This document shows positions 11,074 to 21,800 of a DNA stretch of 64,000 nt, piece by piece. Origin of the DNA: an uncultured Clostridia bacterium (GTDB lineage Bacteria > Bacillota > Clostridia > Christensenellales > UBA1242); assembly GCA_944376845.1 (NCBI GenBank), contig CALWDZ010000001.1:66863-130862 (forward strand), in the 5' to 3' direction. The notes beneath the pieces were generated by a model. It was not told the DNA's origin. It searched no databases and saw only the letters and a program-made list of their open reading frames with translations. The position numbers and the translations under genes are program-made. Position 1 is the first letter of the stretch; every line of letters starts with the position of its first letter.

Positions 11074-11352
11074 TTAATTATTTTTTAAATATTTATTTCT
11101 TGTTGAAATTCCACCTCTAATGTGTTTTTCGCTAAAGTTTTTGTTTAAAACTTTTTGAACTTCATCAAAAAGACTTGAATTTATTTTTCTTAATTTTTTG
11201 TGAATATCTAAATGCACTGTTGATTTTGAATAACCAAAAAACTTTGCTGTTTGTCTTATAGTCGCGTTATTTGATACAATAAATAACGCAAAATCTAATA
11301 CTCTGTCTTTCTTGTCCACATCCATCTCCTGTAAAAAATGTATGCGGAACAT
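11074..11352 (-). CDS. spoIIID: Stage III sporulation protein D (SpoIIID), small HTH transcription factor
   Basis: ATIRQTAKFFGYSKSTVHLDIHKKL...HIRGGISTRNKY matches the SpoIIID signature (B. subtilis ...EFGVSKSTVHKDL...HLRGGEAT...). The true start is probably internal (ATG 11325 or GTG 11319 just after AGGAG). Confidence 0.85.
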   Translation of the reverse strand: MFRIHFLQEMDVDKKDRVLDFALFIVSNNATIRQTAKFFGYSKSTVHLDIHKKLRKINSSLFDEVQKVLNKNFSEKHIRGGISTRNKYLKNN

Positions 11353-11460
11353 TTACACAATATGTCACATTTTGTCCTATAATGTAACTAGCATAATAAA
11401 AATTTAAACAAGTGCTTTACAAAAAAAAAATTAGGTGTTATGATATAAACGGCAAAATTT

Positions 11461-11706
11461 ATGGAGGATAATATGACACTAGACAAAGTAAAATCTCTTA
11501 TCGCTTCTCAACTAGGTATAAGCGAAGATAAAATAACTGAGGACTCAAGGCTTATTGAAGACCTTGGTGCTGATTCTCTTGACACAGTTGAAATGCTTAT
11601 GACACTAGAAGAAGAATTTGGAATCGCGATACCAGATGAAGAAGCAATGGCACTTACAACCGTTAAGTCAATTGTTGATCTTATAGACAAACACCAAAAT
11701 GCATAA
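11461..11706 (+). CDS. acpP: Acyl carrier protein
   Basis: LGADSLDTVEMLMTLEEEFG contains the DSL phosphopantetheine-attachment motif. The size is typical at ~77 aa. GGAGG lies 6 nt before the ATG at 11473, which is the likely true start. Confidence 0.85.
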   Translation: MEDNMTLDKVKSLIASQLGISEDKITEDSRLIEDLGADSLDTVEMLMTLEEEFGIAIPDEEAMALTTVKSIVDLIDKHQNA

Positions 11707-11711
11707 TAAAA

Positions 11712-11736
11712 AAACCCTGTTTAAAGGGTTTTTTTA
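11712..11736. terminator. Bidirectional hairpin terminator between acpP and the M23 peptidase gene
   Basis: AAACCCT-GTTTAA-AGGGTTT stem-loop (11712-11731), flanked by an A run upstream and a T run downstream. Confidence 0.7.
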
Positions 11737-12336
11737 TTTGTCCTCAAGGGTAAGATAGTTTGAAGGGTCTACTTTTTGTCCATCTTTGTAAAGTTCAAAA
11801 TGAAGGTGAGCACCGCTTAATAATTCATTTGCAGATGATTCGCTCATTGTACCTATAACATCGCCAGCATTAACTGTATCTGATATGGTTACACTTGTTT
11901 CATCACTAAGTGAAGAATATTTACTTACATATCCTCCTTCGTGAGTGATTGTTATACAAGTTCCATCTTCATATGTTGTTTGCACATCTGTGACAACACC
12001 ATCTAATACAGAGTAAACATTTAAGTTTTCGCTAGTCATGTCAATTCCCTTATGGCTCTCCCATTGCTTTAATGTTTCATTGTAAAATAATTCTGAGTCA
12101 CTATACCATTTAAGTACTGTTGGTGATTCAACAGGCAAACCAAACACCACAGGTGTAGTATCTGATGGCACAGTTGGTTCTTCTGGTGATTGTGCAGTAC
12201 TTGCAAATACAACCGCAAGCGTTATACCAAGCACCAAAACAAATGCAAGTGCATAATAACCATATTTTTTTAGTACTCTTTTTACCCTTCCCTTTTTATT
12301 TGTTTCCATTTTAACCTCCGCACAAATTGTTGACAT
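11734..12336 (-). CDS. Membrane-anchored M23/LytM metallopeptidase, SpoIIQ-like by position
   Basis: TM segment YYALAFVLVLGITLAVVFA. M23 metal-binding motifs HKGIDM (HxxxD) and GAHLHFEL (HxH) are intact. GGAGG precedes the ATG at 12309 (METNKKG...), the likely start. It lies next to spoIIID, as spoIIQ does in clostridial spoIID-spoIIQ-spoIIID clusters. Confidence 0.7.
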   Translation of the reverse strand: MSTICAEVKMETNKKGRVKRVLKKYGYYALAFVLVLGITLAVVFASTAQSPEEPTVPSDTTPVVFGLPVESPTVLKWYSDSELFYNETLKQWESHKGIDMTSENLNVYSVLDGVVTDVQTTYEDGTCITITHEGGYVSKYSSLSDETSVTISDTVNAGDVIGTMSESSANELLSGAHLHFELYKDGQKVDPSNYLTLEDK

Positions 12337-12370
12337 CTTTTTTACTTGTTATACCTATAAATTTTAAAAT

Positions 12371-12859
12371 TTAATAACTGCCAAGAAGAAGTGGTGTGCC
12401 AATGAAAATTTTTTGACCGTCAAAGTAGCCTTGAACATTTACTTTTTTATCGTAAGCATGCACACCGCCATCAAAATAATTTGTATATCCTAAAAAGTCC
12501 GTGTCCCCACTTTTGACAATTTTGACATTAAGTTTATCAAGACAATCGAGATAAGTTTGTTTATCACCAGTGAATATAAAGGTAACGCCACTAACATCAT
12601 TTAAGTTTGATTCAAGCAATTTATAATCAGCATAGGTGCAAGAAATTATTTGACCCATACCATTTGCGGTAACGACAATGCTTCCACTGTTTTCAAGTTG
12701 AGGTGTACTTGTAAATATCTGTACATTCAAATTGTCATATATTGAAAAATCAAACTCACGTTTATAAAGCGACGCCGTAAATAAAAAGACACACAAAACA
12801 AAAAAGACAATAAATTTTTTCATATCAAATTTATTGCCTTTTATTTTTATTTTATACAA
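12371..12859 (-). CDS. YwmB-like (DUF1779-type) membrane-anchored protein
   Basis: N-terminal TM segment (FIVFFVLCVFLFTASL). The C-terminal ...VNVQGYFDGQKIFIGTPLLLGSY resembles the YwmB family end ...NLQIAL...VTVGTPIVTTEY as I remember it. The likely start is the ATG at 12823 (MKKFIVFF). Confidence 0.4.
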   Translation of the reverse strand: MYKIKIKGNKFDMKKFIVFFVLCVFLFTASLYKREFDFSIYDNLNVQIFTSTPQLENSGSIVVTANGMGQIISCTYADYKLLESNLNDVSGVTFIFTGDKQTYLDCLDKLNVKIVKSGDTDFLGYTNYFDGGVHAYDKKVNVQGYFDGQKIFIGTPLLLGSY

Positions 12860-12862
12860 TTT

Positions 12863-14062
12863 TTACATTACATTACATATTCCTATTCCGCCCATAAGTG
12901 ACACAACATAGTTATTATCACAAACAAATGGCAAAATTGAAAATGATGTAAACATATCTTTTATCTTTGGCAAACTAAAACTAAAGACATTTTCATATCG
13001 TTTAATTGTTTTCATCATTTCCCGCATTTCATCCAATCTTTTTTGTGTCTGATACAAAAACTCTTCCTTTAAATTGTTTAAGCGAAGCAAAATGTCTTTT
13101 TGTGACAAAATATTGTTAAAAAATGCAAAATTATGTATTTTTTTATAAAAAATCGCATATTTTTTAATATTTTTTGCTATTTTTGGAAAATTTGGTACTT
13201 CAAGTTGTTTAATTTTCTTTTGAGAAAATAAATTTTTATAAGTCAAAAATAATAGTTCTGTCGAAAGCAAAAACATCTCCCCAGTGCCAACAATTTGACC
13301 ATTTTCATTATTTATTTTATTCATTATTAAATATAAATTAAATAAAGACAAACCAAAAATATCAATATCTTTTAAATTTTCCGCAACATCAATTAAGATA
13401 TCCATAAGAATAAGTTTACTATCGCCCTCTCCTGTCATTATGCCAGCAAGTTCGTTTTTTAATTTAGAAATATCTTTTGATAACTCGTTAAATCGCATTT
13501 CTTTATCCAATAAAATATGTTCAATTTGCTCATCACACAAGAGTTCACTTAATGACATCACGAAATACACACCTTGCTTAACCAAAAATTTTGGCGTTGT
13601 TTTTATAACACTTTCTTGTATGTACACTTTTTCAGCAGCATCACACACAAAACTTCTTGTACTATCATATGGGTTAACGCAAATATTATTGAAATATGTA
13701 ATGGAACTGCATGCCGAAGGACAAACAAAATAAGGCACACAAAATATATTGGCAAAATATTTTGTGACATCACAAGTTCTTCCTGCCCCAAAACAAATGA
13801 ATAAGTCAAAACCTTCCATAGTAAGCATTTCGCTAAGCGATTTTAATTCCATAGCACTAAAATTATGCTTTGCAATAAAATATTTAAATTCGCATCCAGC
13901 CATTGAAACTGCACTCATAATCTCGGTTAAATGGCTGTTTGTCACGCTTTTTGTTGTGATTATAAATACTTTTTTATTATAATATTTGCTTTGCAAATCA
14001 AATTTCATATCATCAAATGCATTTTTTTTGTAGACTATATTATCATTCATTTTTAACCTCAA
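12863..14062 (-). CDS. Divergent iron-ADH / glycerol-(1-)phosphate dehydrogenase-like family protein
   Basis: FICFGAGRTCDVTKYFA resembles the GGGSxxDxxK nucleotide-binding motif of the Fe-ADH/GldA/AraM superfamily. The length (~395 aa) fits that family. The likely start is the ATG at 14050, behind GAGG. Confidence 0.45.
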   Translation of the reverse strand: MRLKMNDNIVYKKNAFDDMKFDLQSKYYNKKVFIITTKSVTNSHLTEIMSAVSMAGCEFKYFIAKHNFSAMELKSLSEMLTMEGFDLFICFGAGRTCDVTKYFANIFCVPYFVCPSACSSITYFNNICVNPYDSTRSFVCDAAEKVYIQESVIKTTPKFLVKQGVYFVMSLSELLCDEQIEHILLDKEMRFNELSKDISKLKNELAGIMTGEGDSKLILMDILIDVAENLKDIDIFGLSLFNLYLIMNKINNENGQIVGTGEMFLLSTELLFLTYKNLFSQKKIKQLEVPNFPKIAKNIKKYAIFYKKIHNFAFFNNILSQKDILLRLNNLKEEFLYQTQKRLDEMREMMKTIKRYENVFSFSLPKIKDMFTSFSILPFVCDNNYVVSLMGGIGICNVM

Positions 14063-14159
14063 GAAAATAGTAGCACAAGAAACATCGGGTGTTTTGGATA
14101 ATTTTGGCTAAATAATAAATTTTTTGTTTAATTTAACCATTTAGGCACAAAATATTATT

Positions 14160-15218
14160 ATGAAAAAAATATTATCAGTTTTATTTATATTAATGTTAGT
14201 TCTGCTATGTAGTATTTTTTATGGGGCAAACCAAGATTATGAGTACACAACAACAGTTGAACACTTATTCACCCATTGTTTATTGGCATACCCTTCACTT
14301 GCATTTTCAAGTGATAATCCAATGCGATTAGATTACAATCAAGACTGCATAACAAAAGACGAATTTCAAAAAATTCTTGATTCACTATACAAAAACGATT
14401 TTTGCCTTGTAAGTTTATATGATACTTTTGAAAAACAAGGCGATATAGTGGTAAAAAAACCTGTAAAAGTGCCAATTGGGAAAAAAGCACTTGTACTATC
14501 ATTTGATGATGTCAACTATGACCATAAAAAAATGGGACTAGGAATGGTTGATAAAATTATAATTGATAGTTCTGGAAATTTAGCAACATCAACCATAGTG
14601 AAAGGAAAAGAGGACATCTCTTATTCCAACGAATTTATACCTATGATTGAAAATTTTGTTAAAAAACACCCAGATTTTTCACCTTATGGAGCAAAAGGCA
14701 CAATAAACATTACGGGCTACGATGGAATTCTTGGTTATCGCACTCAAAGCAAAAACACTGAAACTCGTCAACAGGAACTAGAAAAAGCAAAGAAGGTTGT
14801 TGCAAAATTAAAAGAAAATGGCTGGAATTTTGCTTCTCATAGTTATGGACACTACCATATGAAAAATTTAACTGACCAACAATTTTTGGAGGAAGTTACG
14901 CTTTGGGAGAACGAAGTAGAGCCTCTTGTTGGAGAAACCAAAGTTTATGTATATCCGTATGGTGAATGGCAGGTTTTTGACAATTATGGAAATATATCAA
15001 AAAAGCATCAATATTTAATTGATGCTGGTTTTGAGATTTTCTGTGGCGTAGGAATGAAAACATTTTTTAGTTATTTACCAAACAAAAACAATCATAAAGT
15101 ATTATTTATGGATAGAAAAGTAATTGATGGCAACACACTAAGAAGAAAAGATGCAAATTTATATCCTTTCTTTGACCCCGCAAATGTTTATGATTATAGC
15201 GTAAGACCATCGGTATAG
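14160..15218 (+). CDS. Polysaccharide deacetylase (NodB homology domain) family protein, secreted or membrane-anchored
   Basis: N-terminal hydrophobic signal (ILSVLFILMLVLLCSIF). NodB motifs are present: LVLSFDDVNYD and FASHSYGHYHM. Confidence 0.75.
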   Translation: MKKILSVLFILMLVLLCSIFYGANQDYEYTTTVEHLFTHCLLAYPSLAFSSDNPMRLDYNQDCITKDEFQKILDSLYKNDFCLVSLYDTFEKQGDIVVKKPVKVPIGKKALVLSFDDVNYDHKKMGLGMVDKIIIDSSGNLATSTIVKGKEDISYSNEFIPMIENFVKKHPDFSPYGAKGTINITGYDGILGYRTQSKNTETRQQELEKAKKVVAKLKENGWNFASHSYGHYHMKNLTDQQFLEEVTLWENEVEPLVGETKVYVYPYGEWQVFDNYGNISKKHQYLIDAGFEIFCGVGMKTFFSYLPNKNNHKVLFMDRKVIDGNTLRRKDANLYPFFDPANVYDYSVRPSV

Positions 15219-15697
15219 ATAAATTCAACAATAAAATTTACGTAGTATACGGTATCACTTTTTAAACTTACATCTGGTAAAGTTATACTACTACAAAGCC
15301 CCACGCTTTGATTTTGATATAGACTACCTTCGTAATAATAATAATTATCCTCACCAAGTTGCCATTGTGAATAGCCCTGTAATGTTACATAATTGGTTCC
15401 AAGCATAACTTTGGCACGAAGGGTTACATTTGTAGGGTCAATATTAGGAAGTGTTATAACGACATCTTGAACTATGGTATCGTTTGGAAGACTTGTACCT
15501 TCTATTGCAAATGAAGTTACTGTTGCACCGATGCCCGTAATAGTGATTTCTGTATCTTGACCTATATAAAGAGCATAATTTTGCGGAGAATGAGGATTAA
15601 ATCCGCCTAAAAAATTATACACTAAACTAACGCACAAAAATATGCTTAAAAGTACAATCGAATAAATATAATTCCTATTTTTTTGTTTTTCTGTCAT
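15194..15697 (-). CDS. Hypothetical membrane-anchored protein
   Basis: 167-aa ORF with one N-terminal TM segment (IYSIVLLSIFLCVSLVYNF) and a beta-rich remainder. Its 3' end overlaps the convergent deacetylase gene by 25 nt. Confidence 0.5.
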   Translation of the reverse strand: MTEKQKNRNYIYSIVLLSIFLCVSLVYNFLGGFNPHSPQNYALYIGQDTEITITGIGATVTSFAIEGTSLPNDTIVQDVVITLPNIDPTNVTLRAKVMLGTNYVTLQGYSQWQLGEDNYYYYEGSLYQNQSVGLCSSITLPDVSLKSDTVYYVNFIVEFIYTDGLTL

Positions 15698-15734
15698 TTA
15701 TTAAATTTATTGACTAAAAAAACAAAATTAAACG

Positions 15735-17033
15735 CTATTTATTGAGATTTTTACGCCTACGTTGTTCTCTTTTGTATTTTTTTATTTGCTCTTCTTGAAA
15801 TGTTATACTCTCTTTTTCAAGTTGCCATTTTCTTTCTAGCCAACGATACTTTTTATTACCAACAGCATAATCATAAATTACAATACTTACACCTTGTAAA
15901 ATGTAAATATAATAAGTCATAAAGCGCCAAAACAAAAGTCCCCAGAACACTGTGCCCTCTGGGAACAATGTAGAAAAGACAACAGTAAAAGAAATTTCGT
16001 TCATACCGGTGCCACCAGGAAGCGGTATTATACTTGACCCAAGGTCAATCATAACGCAAAAGATTAGCATTGTTCCCCAAAGCGAATAGTCAGTACCGCC
16101 AAGCATTAAATAAATAAGATATGGCATTGTGTAATTGAGAACATATAGCAAAATCGAAACCAAAAGCGTGTATAAGAAAAACCATTTATTTTTTGCATAT
16201 GTTTTCATTGTCTTTTGGTAACCTTCAACGACTTTCATCACCCGTTCGTACTGCTTCTCATAGTTTTTTATGATGTGCATTTTTTGTAAAAGTCTTAGAA
16301 CTTTTACAACCAAAGTGTTACCAATCTTTTTGCTCATAGACAAAATTAGGCAAACTGATAACAAAAAAAAGTTGATAAAAAAGCCTACAAGTCCTATTAT
16401 AAGCACAACACTTAAATCCATAACCTTGGTAATTGCTATAAATATAACCGCAACTATACCAACAATTATCCATGACATTTGGGATACCACATATCTTGCC
16501 ATAGGAACGGATATTGAAGAACTTGCATCAAGTCCGCGGTGACTCATATAAAAGATTTGCGCGGGCTCACCACCTGCTGACATAGGTGTTATATTGTCAT
16601 AATATTTACCTACAGCACACATTTTATAGCATAGGTATGGCCTTGACCTACTTCCCGATTTTCTTAAAAAACAATTGGTTCTATGTGCATCAAGCACCAT
16701 TATGAATGCGAAAACTCCAAAAAGTATTGGTAAATAATAAAATTTTAGGTTGCTGAGTTCAGAAAAAGAACTTATATTTTCATGCGTAAGTTGATAAGCA
16801 AGAATGGCTGCAACGACAACCAAATTTACAACAAAAAATATAGCATTCCAAATTTTTTTCTTTTTGCTCTTTTGTTTTGAAACGCTTTGTTCTGCCTCTT
16901 CTATTTGCTCCTGCTCTGTTTTATAATATGAAGGATGAATTGTAATGTATTTTAATTTATTTGAAAAAACTGAGGGGTTTGCCCTCTTGAAATTTTGTTT
17001 TGAATTTTTTAGCAACAGTTTTTCCATATCCAA
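15735..17033 (-). CDS. Flippase-like / lysylphosphatidylglycerol-synthase TM-region family (UPF0104, YbhN-like) membrane protein
   Basis: Polytopic membrane protein. Family-like motifs are MSAGGEPAQIFYM and IIPLPGGTGMNEISF. Confidence 0.65.
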   Translation of the reverse strand: MDMEKLLLKNSKQNFKRANPSVFSNKLKYITIHPSYYKTEQEQIEEAEQSVSKQKSKKKKIWNAIFFVVNLVVVAAILAYQLTHENISSFSELSNLKFYYLPILFGVFAFIMVLDAHRTNCFLRKSGSRSRPYLCYKMCAVGKYYDNITPMSAGGEPAQIFYMSHRGLDASSSISVPMARYVVSQMSWIIVGIVAVIFIAITKVMDLSVVLIIGLVGFFINFFLLSVCLILSMSKKIGNTLVVKVLRLLQKMHIIKNYEKQYERVMKVVEGYQKTMKTYAKNKWFFLYTLLVSILLYVLNYTMPYLIYLMLGGTDYSLWGTMLIFCVMIDLGSSIIPLPGGTGMNEISFTVVFSTLFPEGTVFWGLLFWRFMTYYIYILQGVSIVIYDYAVGNKKYRWLERKWQLEKESITFQEEQIKKYKREQRRRKNLNK

Positions 17034-17109
17034 GATATATTAACAAATAAAATACAAAATGTAAAGGTGTTTAAAAAAGTTGGAATATTTTTCCAACTTC
17101 TTTCTTATG

Positions 17110-18780
17110 TTATAAATTCATATATACTGATTCATGTCGAACAATTTTACACTTGTTTTTTAAGACATTTAAATTCATATTTTCAAATATTGAATAGTTG
17201 TCTTCGCTAAGTTGTTCGAATATTTTATCAAACAATGTCTTGTTATTAAGTGGACTAAGTTTTGTTTCAGTAAGTTTTTCTATATCAGACTCAATTAAAT
17301 TAAATGTGCTTACATCACTTATTGTGAATAAATTTTCAACTTTACCAAGATAAATAATTATGTGAGCACCATATTCGGATGGAACAATGCCACTTAAAGC
17401 ACCAAACACACCATCTTTATTTAACTTGCGTGCAGCATCTGTAAATGACTCCACCATTTGACTTGTCTCCGTGCCTATAACATATGGATATTCAGCATTT
17501 ACAACACCTGTATCTTCACCATATGCGTACAAATAGTCATTAAATACTTTTGCCTTGCCTTCATTGGTGCTTTCAAGATTTAAAGCGTTTTGAAGATTGG
17601 AAAGAAGTGTTTCAACTCCAATTTCACTACCTTCAATTAAATTTCCTTCGCTATCACGCTTAGTTGCAACAACTTGATATGCAAGTTCTTTTGCCCTACG
17701 TTGATATTCACCATAAGTGATATACCCATTGTTATATTCAGTCTCAAGATTGTCATATCTTCCTTTTTGTGTAAGACCATCACTGCCAACAATTTCATCA
17801 TCAAACATTACAAGAAGATTTGAAACAAAGAAATAGTTATCATCTACAACATAGTAAACATCTTCAAAGTTTTCAAGCATTGCTGTATCATAGTTTTCAT
17901 TATTTGCTTCATAAGAAAACTTGCTTTGAAGCATAAGTGACTTATACTTATCCAAAACTTGACGAACGCTTATAGTTGAATAGCCTTCAGAAGTCTGATA
18001 ATATTCCTCAAGTTGTGTGATAATATAATTTTCTTTAGTTGTGTCGTATACATCTTCTACATATCTTTTAAGCACGCTAGCATTATCTGTTGAAAGGTTT
18101 AACCCTTCTTCATTTGATTTTAATGCTGAAATAAATCTTCTATATGCTTCTTTTCTTATACGTACACTATCTGTACCATCGTCTTCAAGTGCATAATTAT
18201 TGAACTCAGTTATTACTGCATCAATATTTTGAAAGTTTGTGGTTTGTGGGTCATCTTCTGTATCACGCAATCTAATCTTGTAATTTTCGCCGTCAAACAC
18301 AACTTCTGCTTGCTGAACATATGGGGTGTAAACAACTGCATCCTCGTTTTCCTCTGGTGAAGTTGGAGCGGTGATATCCCAATCGTCACGAACTTCGTCA
18401 ATATATGTGTCCAGGTTTGACTCAAGCGATGTATAAACATCATCAAGTATTTCTTTTTCTGCGCTGTCATCAATAGTTACCAAATTGTTTGATGTTGCAT
18501 GATGCAAAAGTACATACCTATTGACAAGTACATCAATTGTTTGGTTTGCCGCATCTTCATAAGAAGTGCCATTTTGTACCAATGTGTAGCCATAACTGTT
18601 GAACGCATTGATATACTCACGTGTAGTTATATCTTCCGTTTCGCCATTTTCATAAGTTATTGTGCACACCGACTTGTTTAAATACGCTGACATATTTTTA
18701 GGGAAAAGATCACATCCGCTTAAAACGAATGCAAATGTCATAAGCAAACAAAGTAAAATTCCCGTAAATCTCTTTTTCAC
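17110..18780 (-). CDS. PrsA/SurA-like lipoprotein with a C-terminal parvulin-type PPIase-like domain
   Basis: Lipoprotein signal MKKRFTGILLCLLMTFAFVLSGC. The C-terminal FTDAARKLNKDGVFGALSGIVPSEYGAHIIIYLGK is parvulin-like. A foldase gene next to mfd is typical for clostridia. Confidence 0.6.
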   Translation of the reverse strand: MKKRFTGILLCLLMTFAFVLSGCDLFPKNMSAYLNKSVCTITYENGETEDITTREYINAFNSYGYTLVQNGTSYEDAANQTIDVLVNRYVLLHHATSNNLVTIDDSAEKEILDDVYTSLESNLDTYIDEVRDDWDITAPTSPEENEDAVVYTPYVQQAEVVFDGENYKIRLRDTEDDPQTTNFQNIDAVITEFNNYALEDDGTDSVRIRKEAYRRFISALKSNEEGLNLSTDNASVLKRYVEDVYDTTKENYIITQLEEYYQTSEGYSTISVRQVLDKYKSLMLQSKFSYEANNENYDTAMLENFEDVYYVVDDNYFFVSNLLVMFDDEIVGSDGLTQKGRYDNLETEYNNGYITYGEYQRRAKELAYQVVATKRDSEGNLIEGSEIGVETLLSNLQNALNLESTNEGKAKVFNDYLYAYGEDTGVVNAEYPYVIGTETSQMVESFTDAARKLNKDGVFGALSGIVPSEYGAHIIIYLGKVENLFTISDVSTFNLIESDIEKLTETKLSPLNNKTLFDKIFEQLSEDNYSIFENMNLNVLKNKCKIVRHESVYMNL

Positions 18781-18845
18781 TGTTTATTCTCCAATTATCT
18801 AACCTAAGTATTATACAAGAACAATTATCTAAAATCAAACAAAAT

Positions 18846-21800
18846 TTACTGTTTTGTGGCGTCTATAGCAAAATTGATTAAAAAATCTAGTTTTTCTTCA
18901 ATACTCTTATTGCCTAAATTTATTTCAATTATTGGCACATCCTCAAATTTTAATACCATTTTATCTTTATTGTCGCTTAAAACCAATGCACATTGTTTAG
19001 ATACAATATCTTCACGTCTATAAAGATATATGAGTGTATTTTGTGCATTTAATAATAATCGTTTTGCTCCGAGTTTTACAAGTAAATTTTTTAATAGTGC
19101 AATCTTATACAAGTTCAATAATTCCTTTGGAACATTGCCATAAGTTTCCTCTGTTTGATTTTTTAAGGCATTTAATTCATCCAAACTTTCCAACTTGCTA
19201 AGACTTGTGTATTGCTTCATCCTTTCGGTTTGGTCAATAATATATTTTTCGTCTAGGTACGCAGTACATGAAACATCCATTTTACACTCACGCAAATTCT
19301 CCACTTTTTGTCCCCTTGCCTCACTAACGCTCTCTTTCAACAGTTTTACATACATATCGTAACCAACTTTCTCCATATGCCCGTGCTGCTGCTTGCCAAG
19401 AATATCTCCTGCTCCTCTTATTTCTAAGTCACGCATTGCAATTTTGTATCCACTTCCAAGTTCGGAAAATTCCAAAATGGCATCAAGACGCTTATACGCA
19501 TCATTTGTAAGCACTTTTTGTGAATTGAATGTAAAGTATGCATAAGCCACTCTATCACTTCTTCCGATCCTACCTTTTAATTGGTATAGTTGTGATAAGC
19601 CCAATTTATCGGCATCTATAACAATAAGAGTATTTGCCGTTGGAATATCTATACCATTTTCAATTAAAGTTGTTGCAACCAGAACATCATATTCACCGCT
19701 ATAAAGTTTGTAGATTGAGTCCTCCAAAATGTTTTTAGGCATTTGTCCATGTGCCATCCCGATATTGACATCTGGTAAAATATCTCTTAAATGCTGGACA
19801 AATTTTGTTATAAATTCAACCCGATTAAAAACTATAAACACCTGACCATTGCGTGACATCTCTCGCTTGACGGCATCCACAATTAAAGCATCACTTTGCT
19901 CTACTACAAAAGTTTTTACACTTAATCTATTCTTTGGTGGAGTTTCTATAACAGAAATATCTCTTATGCCACTAAGCGCCATATTTAAAGTTCTTGGAAT
20001 TGGTGTTGCAGAAAGTGATAAAACATCTATATCCTTTTTCAAGTTTTTGATTTTTTCTTTATCTTCAACACCAAATCTATGTTCTTCATCCAAAATTAAA
20101 AGCCCAAGGTCTTTAAATTTTACATCGTCACTAAGCAGCCTATGCGTGCCAATTAAAATATCTATATTGCCTTCTTTGACACCACCAAGAATTTCTTTTA
20201 TTTGTGCACCTGTTTTAAATCGGTTTATAACTTCTACACGGCAACCAAAATCTTTCATTCTTTTTTTCACTGTTGCAAAATGCTGTTCTGAAAGTATAGT
20301 CGTTGGACAAAGAAAAGCGACTTGCTTACCACCAAGTACTGCCAAATATGCTCCACGAAGAGCCACTTCGGTTTTGCCGTAGCCGACATCTCCGCATATA
20401 AGCCTGTCCATAAGTTTACCGCTAAGCATATCTTTTTTAATATCTTCAATCGCTTGTGCTTGGTCTTGTGTGAGTTCATAGGCAAAGGCATTTTCGAACT
20501 CGTCGAAAAGATAGTTGCTTTCGTATTTATAACCTTTAAGTTTTTGCCTTTGTGAATACAAATTGACAAGGTCAATTGCAAGTTGTTTTAAACTGTTTTT
20601 GACCCTTTCCTTTATCTTTGCAAATTCTTTACCACCGAGTTTATTAAGCGAAGGCTCCTTATCTGAGCCAAGGTATGCAGTAATTTGGTCAGCCTGTTCT
20701 GTTGGAACATAAAGTATGTCATTGTTTTTATATTGTAAAATAAAATAATCTTTTTCATAGCCGTTTAGATTTAATTTTTCTGTTGCAATACACTTTCCAA
20801 TGCCATGCACACTATGAACGCAGTAGTCCCCAACTTTTGGAAGATAAAGAGTGCTACTTTTTTTAGTCTTTTTATCCACCCTTTCACGTCGCACCAAATC
20901 AGATGTGGCAATTAAAACCACATTGTCACTTAAAAAACTTGCAGAGTGTTCTAGTTCGTCTTCCAGTAAAAATATTTTTGCTTTTTCATCACTTATATTA
21001 GTGCTAAAACCTATACCATTATTTATTAAAAAATTGCCAATTGAGGAAACTGCACTTTTGCTTCCACAAAACAAAAAGATTTTGTAACTTGACAAAACAT
21101 AAATATTTAAATCACGAATTAGTGCTTTAAAATCAAATACATATTTTCTAGAACCAATTGTCCTTAATTCTATTTTTTCATCATATGTTATTTTATCGCC
21201 AAAACTATCAAAACAAATATATTTTTTAGGTACATTATTTTCATAATCAAAATAAAAATTTTTATGAATTAGCGCCAGTTCACCAGCATCTATCAATTTG
21301 TTTATGCTTATAATATTTTGAGTTTTAACCAAAGTTAATTCATCAAATATTTTCTTAGGCTGGTCAAAAAAAATATTTTCATTTTTAAGTAGCGTTAAAA
21401 TATTATTATTAAAATCAAAAAAAGGTAAAATAAAACTATCTCCAGCATCTAAAATACTTGAAAATTGCATGGAATAATAAGAATTTATTTCATTTATTTT
21501 TGAATAATTATCATTATTTATTTTTATTTTTTTTATTTCGTCATAAAATTTATTTTGTATGTTATTATTTGTAAAATAAATAGAAGCAGGATATATTTTT
21601 ATTTCATTTTTTTCTTCAATTATTTTTGTAGTATCTATATCAAATGAATATATTTTTTCAATATCATCACCAAAAAAATTTAATCTTATTGGCGTTTCTC
21701 CATCAATTAAAAATATATCAACAATATCTCCGCGAATTGCGAAATCTCCACGCGTCCCCACCATGTTTTGTCTTTTATAGCCTAGTAAAGATAATTTTTC

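Noticed and set aside
19849-20382. 177-aa plus-strand ORF inside mfd, and similar long antisense ORFs at 38832-39266, 51078-51470, 31439-31831, 36111-36449 and 57080-57406
   Set aside because: They lie fully inside strongly supported genes on the opposite strand. Their composition is low-complexity, and they have no RBS or recognisable domains.
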